A DNA stretch of 64,000 nucleotides, taken from the NCBI GenBank assembly GCA_963725665.1, contig CAVRZA010000002.1, positions 448,001 to 512,000 of the forward strand. The letters run 5' to 3'. Source of the DNA: an uncultured Actinomycetes bacterium (GTDB taxonomy: Bacteria > Actinomycetota > Thermoleophilia > UBA2241). Below, piece after piece: positions 59,177 through 64,000 of the stretch. The notes under the pieces were generated by a model, which worked only from the letters and a program-made list of their open reading frames with translations, was not told the DNA's origin and searched no databases. A program made the translations under genes and the position numbers. Positions within the stretch are counted from its first letter, which is position 1. Each line of letters opens with the position of its first letter.

Positions 59177-60103
59177 TTACTTCGCCGCCGCGGCGTAGAT
59201 GTCCATGACGTCGGTCAGCAGCTTGACCGCCTCGTCGTGCGGGCGCTGGAACGAGTTGCGGCCCATGATGGTGCCGAAGCCGCCGCCCGCGGCGATCTGG
59301 CGGTTCGTCTCGAGGACGTTCTCGGTGCTCGCCGCCTCGCCGCCGGAGAAGATCACGATGCGCCTCCCCTCGAAGGCCGCCTGCACGACGTAGCGCACAC
59401 GGTCGGCCAGGGTGTCGGTCGTCACGCCCGACTTCTCGAGGGCCTCACCCGACTTGGCCTGCTCGACGTGAGCCGTCGGAGGCTTCACCTTGATGATGTG
59501 AGCGCCGAGCTGCGCGGCGATGTGCGCCGCATAGGCGGCCACGTCGATCGCGGTCTCGCCCTCCTTCGAGAGCCCCGAGCCGCGTGGGTACGACCAGATG
59601 ACGACCACGAGGCCGGCCTGTTTGGCCTCGTAGGCCATCTCGCGGATCTCCTCGTACATCGTGTTGCGCTCGGCCGAGCCGGGGTAGATGGTGAAGCCGA
59701 TCGCCGCGCAGCCCAGGCGGAGCGCGTCGTCGACCGAGGCGGTCACGGCCGGCATCGGGTCGCCGCTCGAGTAGAGAAGGTCGGAGTTGTTGGCCTTGAG
59801 GATCAGCGGCATCTGCCCGGCGTACTCGCGCGCCCCAGCCTCGATGGCTCCCAGCGGCGCCGCGTGGGCGTTGCAGCCGGCGTCGATGGCGAGCTGAAAG
59901 TGGTAGCGGGGATCGTAGCCGGCCGGGTTCGGCGCGAAGCTACGCGCGGGGCCATGCTCGAAGCCCTGGTCCACCGGCAGCATCACCATCTTGCCGGTGC
60001 CGGAGAGGCGCCCGTGCATGAGCATGCGGTAGAGGTTGGCGAGCGTGCCCGGGTTGTCCGAGCCGTACCAGGAGAGGATCTCGCGCACCCTGTCGGTCGT
60101 CAT
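59177..60103 (-). CDS. fbaB: Class I (DhnA/FbaB-type) fructose-bisphosphate aldolase
   Basis: LPVDQGFEHGP, WSYPRG, GAHIIKVK, IMGRNSFQR. Confidence 0.93.
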   Translation of the reverse strand: MTTDRVREILSWYGSDNPGTLANLYRMLMHGRLSGTGKMVMLPVDQGFEHGPARSFAPNPAGYDPRYHFQLAIDAGCNAHAAPLGAIEAGAREYAGQMPLILKANNSDLLYSSGDPMPAVTASVDDALRLGCAAIGFTIYPGSAERNTMYEEIREMAYEAKQAGLVVVIWSYPRGSGLSKEGETAIDVAAYAAHIAAQLGAHIIKVKPPTAHVEQAKSGEALEKSGVTTDTLADRVRYVVQAAFEGRRIVIFSGGEAASTENVLETNRQIAAGGGFGTIMGRNSFQRPHDEAVKLLTDVMDIYAAAAK

Positions 60104-60487
60104 CGTATCGGTCCTTTCGTCGCTGCCTGTATGTAGGTCGATCGGCCGTCGCCGGTGCCTCGTTCTCGGCGGAGCTGTCGACGGGGCCTAACATCTTCGC
60201 TACCCGCATCGGGTGCGGCCGAATCGAGGCTGGCGCGGGCGGGGCCGACGCGGTCCGCGTCGGCCCCAATTGTATCCGATTCATGCCGCGGCTCGCCGCT
60301 GGTGGCCGCTATCGTCAGAGTCCCGCCCGGGGCGCCCGGGCAGCGGCGCCTCGCGCGGACGACCCCGCCGCGCGGCGGCGCTGGCGCGCTGGTCTGCCTT
60401 CGCCAGCGTCTGCCGTTGACGGGCGAAGCCTCCTGTGGAAACGTGCTCCGTGGTAGCGAGGTGCCCAGGTCGCGGCCGGGAGGGAGC

Positions 60488-61151
60488 GTGGAGACCTCAC
60501 ACGTGGCTGCCGAGAACCGTCTGCTTGAGGATGTCCTTCGGGACGGACCGGGCGCTGTCGTGCTCGAGGCCGGCTGCGGCCGCACCACGAGGCTCGGCGG
60601 GTATCGCCACCGCATCGCCCGGCTGGTGGGAGTCGACCTCGACACCGACGCGGGGCGCGCGAACGAGGCGCTCGACGAGTTCGTGGTGGCGGACCTGTGC
60701 CGGCCACTGCCGTTCACCGACGGCTCCTTCGATCTCGTGTACGCCAACTTCGTCGTCGAGCACCTCGTGGCGCCGGTGGAGGCTTTCCGCGAGTGGCGTC
60801 GTGTGCTGCGTCCCGACGGCAACTTGATCCTGCTCACCAGCAACCTGGCCAACCCGGCCGTGTGGGTCGCCGTCCGTGCTCCGCGGCGCCTGCGCACGGC
60901 CGTGAAGCGGCGCGGCGCGGGCGCCGCGGAGCACGACGTCATCCCGCCCGTGCACCGCGCCAATACGCCGTCGCGTCTGGAGACTCAGCTGGCGACGGCG
61001 GGGTTCGTCCTCGAGCGTGTCGAGTACGTCGCGACGCTGCACCGTTACGCCGAGCGCTGGCCGCGCCTGCGGCGCCTCGCCGTAGCGGCCGAGAGCAGGC
61101 TGGCGAGAGCAGCGACGCGCGACCATCGTCGCTCTCTACCGCGCCTTCTGA
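60488..61151 (+). CDS. Class I SAM-dependent methyltransferase (probable frameshift near 61110)
   Basis: VLEAGCG, GVDLD, LPFTDGSFDLV, RRVLRPDG. Confidence 0.75.
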
Positions 61152-61167
61152 GACGTGTCTCTCGGCG

Positions 61168-62544
61168 CTACTGCCCGAGGAGTCTGTCGATGAGCGCGGC
61201 GCGGCGGGCGGGCCGACCGATGCCGCTCTCGACCCGGTCCGCGTGCGCCATCAGCTTGAAGGCGCCGTTGATGCCCAGCCAGCGCAGCGGTTCCCGCTCC
61301 CAGTTGGGCGACCTGTGGCCGACCCAGGGAAGCGTGGTGATGTCGGACTCCCGTCCGGTGATCAGGTCGGCGAGCGTCCTGCCTGAGAGGTTCGCGGTGG
61401 CCACGCCGTCGCCGGCGTAGCCGCCCGCCCAGGCGAAGTTGCGCTCACGCTCGTAGCCCACGGTGGAGAAGAGGTCGCGCGGCCAGCCCAGCGGGCCGCC
61501 CCATGAGTGCGTGATGCGCGCTGCGCCGATGGCGGGGAAGAGAAGCCGCAGCGTGCGCTCGTGGCTGTCGATCACTCCGGGCACGCGGTCGTAGGCGTCA
61601 TCTATGCGGGAGTTGTAGTGGTAGGGCGCGCCGCGGCCGCCCATGGCGATGCGGTCGTCGTGCGTGCGCGAGAGGTAGATCAGCAGATGCCGCCCGTCGT
61701 TGAAGCACTCGCGGCCCTCCCAGCCGATCTCGTCCCAGACCTCCTTGGGCAGCGGCTCGGTGCAGATCATGAGCGAGTAGATGGGGGCGAGGGTGTCGTG
61801 TTGGCCGGGCAGCTGAACGGTGTAGGCCTCGGTGGCGCGCACGACGACCTCGGCCTTGACGCGGCCGAGCGGTGTGCTGGCGATGCCGCCCTCGATCGAC
61901 GTCACGGGCGTCTGCTCGTAGACCGTCACGCCGAGCTTCTCCACCGTCTCCGCCAGGCCGCGGGCGAGGCGCGCCGGCTGAACGCAGGCGCAGTGCGGAC
62001 TGTAGCGGCCGCCGAGGCAGCCCGTGACGTCGAGCCGACGGCGCGCCTCGACCGCGTCGAGCCACACCCAGTCGGGCTCGCCGAAGCCCCACGACGTGTA
62101 GTACTCCTGCTCTTCCCGTAGGGGCTGCAGTTGGGCCGGGGTGATGGCCAGGTTCAAGACGCCGCCCTTGTGGAACTGGGCATCGATGCCCTCCTCGGCG
62201 CACGCCCGTCCGACCTCGTCGACGGTGTCGAACATCGTCCGCTGCATGCGGATGGCCTCGCCGCGGCTGCTCGCCGCAGCGAGCTTCTCGAGAGAGGCCG
62301 CGAAGTAGGCCGAGCACCAGCCACCGTTGCGTCCCGAGGCGCCGTAGCCGGCGATCTCCCTCTCGAGGACGACGATGCGCAGCTTGGGGTCGGCTTTGGC
62401 GAGGTAGTAGGCGGCCCAGAGCCCTGTGTAGCCGGCTCCGACGATGCAGACGTCGGCGTCGACGTCGCCGGGGAGGCTCGGCCGTGGGCTCAGCTCCCCG
62501 GGTACATCGTCGAGCCAGAAGCTGGTTGTGCGGTAGTCTCTCAT
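61168..62544 (-). CDS. FAD-dependent amine oxidoreductase (PuuB/DadA family)
   Basis: GAGYTGLW, GASGRNGG, QPARLARGL, WGGPLG, GGYAGDGV. Confidence 0.9.
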   Translation of the reverse strand: MRDYRTTSFWLDDVPGELSPRPSLPGDVDADVCIVGAGYTGLWAAYYLAKADPKLRIVVLEREIAGYGASGRNGGWCSAYFAASLEKLAAASSRGEAIRMQRTMFDTVDEVGRACAEEGIDAQFHKGGVLNLAITPAQLQPLREEQEYYTSWGFGEPDWVWLDAVEARRRLDVTGCLGGRYSPHCACVQPARLARGLAETVEKLGVTVYEQTPVTSIEGGIASTPLGRVKAEVVVRATEAYTVQLPGQHDTLAPIYSLMICTEPLPKEVWDEIGWEGRECFNDGRHLLIYLSRTHDDRIAMGGRGAPYHYNSRIDDAYDRVPGVIDSHERTLRLLFPAIGAARITHSWGGPLGWPRDLFSTVGYERERNFAWAGGYAGDGVATANLSGRTLADLITGRESDITTLPWVGHRSPNWEREPLRWLGINGAFKLMAHADRVESGIGRPARRAALIDRLLGQ

Positions 62545-62613
62545 GACGGGTACTCCCGGGTCGGGACTCATCGCTTCCGGGGAGCATCCTATCACTGTAA
62601 GAGGAGGGAGCGG

Positions 62614-63346
62614 GTGATCGGCCGAGCCTGGCCGCGGACGGTGTGGGAGCTCGAGGATGAGCAGCGCGCGCTGGCCGTCGCGGCGGCGCGCGTTGCGCGC
62701 TGGCGTCCGGCCGACCTCGCCGCGGTGCGTGTGGCGGCCGTCTTCGCCACGTACCCGACGGGTCGCCCCGGCCCGGGTGAGGCGGGCGAGCCTGCCTGGG
62801 TTGGGGCGGCCCTCGTGCGCGCCGGCGCCCCGCACGAGGTGCTTGCCGAGGCCGCGCTGCGCGGCGAGACCGGCGCGCCCTACGTCGCGGGCCTGCTGGC
62901 GCTGCGCTGCGGGGCGCTCCTCGAGCGCGCCGTGGGCGCGCTCGAGGAGCGCCCCGACCTGCTTCTCGTCGACGCTACGGCCCGCGACCACCCGCGGCGC
63001 GCCGGTCTCGCCCTCCACCTGGGAGCCGTGCTCGATCTGCCGAGCCTCGGTGTCACCAACCGTCCTCTGCTGGCCGCCTGCGAGGAGCCGGGGCCGGAGC
63101 GCGGCGAGTCAGGCCTCCTCGTGCTCGACGGCGAGACGGTCGGCTGCTGCCTGCGCATGCGGGAGGGGTTCGAACCCTCTCGTCGTGCACCCCGGCTGGC
63201 GGGTCGACCTCGAGACCGCCTGCGCCCTCGTCCTGCTGCTGACACGCCGTCGCCGCACGCCGGAGCCGCTGCGCCGCGCGCGCACTCTGGCGCGCGTCCT
63301 GCGCGCGCGCGACGAGGGCCGCTACCCCGGAGAAGGCGTAGAGTAG
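62614..63346 (+). CDS. nfi: Endonuclease V-like protein (frameshift near 63178)
   Basis: PYVAGLLALR, LVDATARDHPRRAGLALHLG, PEPLRRA. Confidence 0.75.
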
Positions 63347-63350
63347 GCGC

Positions 63351-64000
63351 ATGCCGGCCGCAGCAGACGTGCCCGATTCGCCTTCCTCGACTGGCCGCGA
63401 CCACGGTGGAGCCGACTGGGGCGAGCCTGAGGCCATTCGGTCCGCCGCGGACCGCTTCCCCAAGATCGAGCTGCACGTGCACCTCGAGGGCAGCGTGCGT
63501 CCCGCCACGCTCCTAGAGATCGCGCGGCGCAACGGCGAGAGCCTACCGGCCGACAGCGTCGAGGGTCTGCGCGAGCTCTTCACGTTCACGGGCTTCGAGC
63601 ACTTCATCCAGGTCTGGATCGTGACCACCTTCGTTCTGCAGCGGGCGCGCGACTTCCGCCAGATCACCGTCGACTACGCCGCCGAGGCCGCGGCACAGGG
63701 CTGTGTCTACATCGAAGGCATCTTCTCGCCGGCGGAACCGGTCGTCCGCGGCGTCTCGTGGGAGGAGATCTTCGAGGGCTACTGCGACGGCATCCAGGAG
63801 GCGCGCGAGCGCCACGGTGTCGAGATGCGCCTCACGCCCGACATCACGCGGGTCTTCGACCCGGAGCTCGGCGAGGAGACGGCGCAGCACGCCGTCGCCT
63901 ACCGAGAGCGGGGCGTTGTCGGCATAGGGCTCGGCGGGCCCGAAGACCCGCCGGAGCCGTTCGCGAGCGCCTTCGCCGTCGCACACGAGGGAGGTCTCGG
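63351..64000 (+). CDS. add: Adenosine deaminase (3'-truncated by window edge)
   Basis: PKIELHVHLEGS, YIEGIFSP, VVGIGLGGPE; frame open to window end. Confidence 0.9.
   Translation, partial: MPAAADVPDSPSSTGRDHGGADWGEPEAIRSAADRFPKIELHVHLEGSVRPATLLEIARRNGESLPADSVEGLRELFTFTGFEHFIQVWIVTTFVLQRARDFRQITVDYAAEAAAQGCVYIEGIFSPAEPVVRGVSWEEIFEGYCDGIQEARERHGVEMRLTPDITRVFDPELGEETAQHAVAYRERGVVGIGLGGPEDPPEPFASAFAVAHEGGL

Overview
High-GC bacterial window. It looks like a deep-branching Actinomycetota (Thermoleophilia-like). This is an inference from hspR in the dnaK operon, an ino1/pgsA/pimA-like inositol-lipid cluster, several probably leaderless genes, and the tmk-holB-ricT arrangement. The first ~41 kb is mostly housekeeping: tmk, holB, ricT, tRNA-Lys with a small decayed islet, inositol-lipid genes, rlmD, two class-III aminotransferases, a large multiheme cytochrome c, dnaK-hsp20-grpE-dnaJ-hspR-clp, surE and ligA. 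After tRNA-Thr comes an amine-metabolism region. Its main feature, split in the supplied ORF track, is three paralogous dimethylamine:corrinoid methyltransferase (MtbB-family) genes. Each is interrupted by an in-frame TAG at the same homologous codon, the pyrrolysine site of archaeal MtbB, and conserved coding sequence continues past it. They lie with a non-Pyl MttB-superfamily methyltransferase, a Tat-lipoprotein polyamine-type binding protein, hdrCB, alanine dehydrogenase, an alternative-oxidase-like protein and a PuuB-like oxidase. This points to pyrrolysine genetic-code expansion in a genome where about 22 of 54 genes in the window (manual count) still end in TAG. No pylTSBCD or corrinoid protein gene is visible in the window. 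Many single-base frameshifts suggest long-read indel errors, so several broken genes are probably intact.
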